64,000 bases of DNA, taken from NCBI RefSeq assembly GCF_001194135.2, contig NC_068988.1:94074991-94138990 (forward strand), written 5' to 3'. A model generated the notes under the pieces. The model was not told the DNA's origin. It was given only the letters and a program-made list of their open reading frames with translations, and did not search any database. The translations under genes and the position numbers were made by a program. Source of the DNA: Octopus bimaculoides. Lineage: Eukaryota. Shown here one piece after another: positions 63,959-64,000 of the stretch. The number at the start of each line of letters is the position of its first letter. The first letter of the stretch is position 1.

Positions 63959-64000
<42 letters not shown>

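Overview
This is gene-poor, AT-rich, repeat-dense animal nuclear DNA from a draft assembly, with 17 N-gaps totalling about 5.3 kb, almost all beside microsatellites. The SINE repertoire and microsatellite load resemble an octopus/coleoid cephalopod genome (inference; no search was run). I found no confidently identifiable host gene, true tRNA, rRNA or CRISPR array. Nearly all long ORFs in the supplied track are artefacts of simple repeats or N-runs. Supported content: three tRNA-headed SINE families (my labels S1, S2, S3) with interchangeable 3' tails; decayed CR1/L2-group and R4/Dong-like LINEs; Penelope-like retroelement (PLE) RT remnants; two mariner remnants, a hAT end, a Helentron-like element and two foldbacks. 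The standout signal is on the minus strand: two well-formed minimal type I hammerhead ribozyme motifs (17910-17955 and 47102-47144), each with a palindromic stem III of the dimer-dependent kind, plus a weaker permuted candidate (45221-45270). The first sits in a ~275-bp element made of a tRNA-like Pol III head, (AAT)n, the hammerhead and a short tandem tail, and it faces a second head in inverted orientation. This suggests a ribozyme-bearing, SINE-like non-autonomous element possibly mobilised by PLEs (hypothesis). Three SINE dimers or chimeras each sit inside a single target-site duplication, and a few low-confidence exon candidates are reported.
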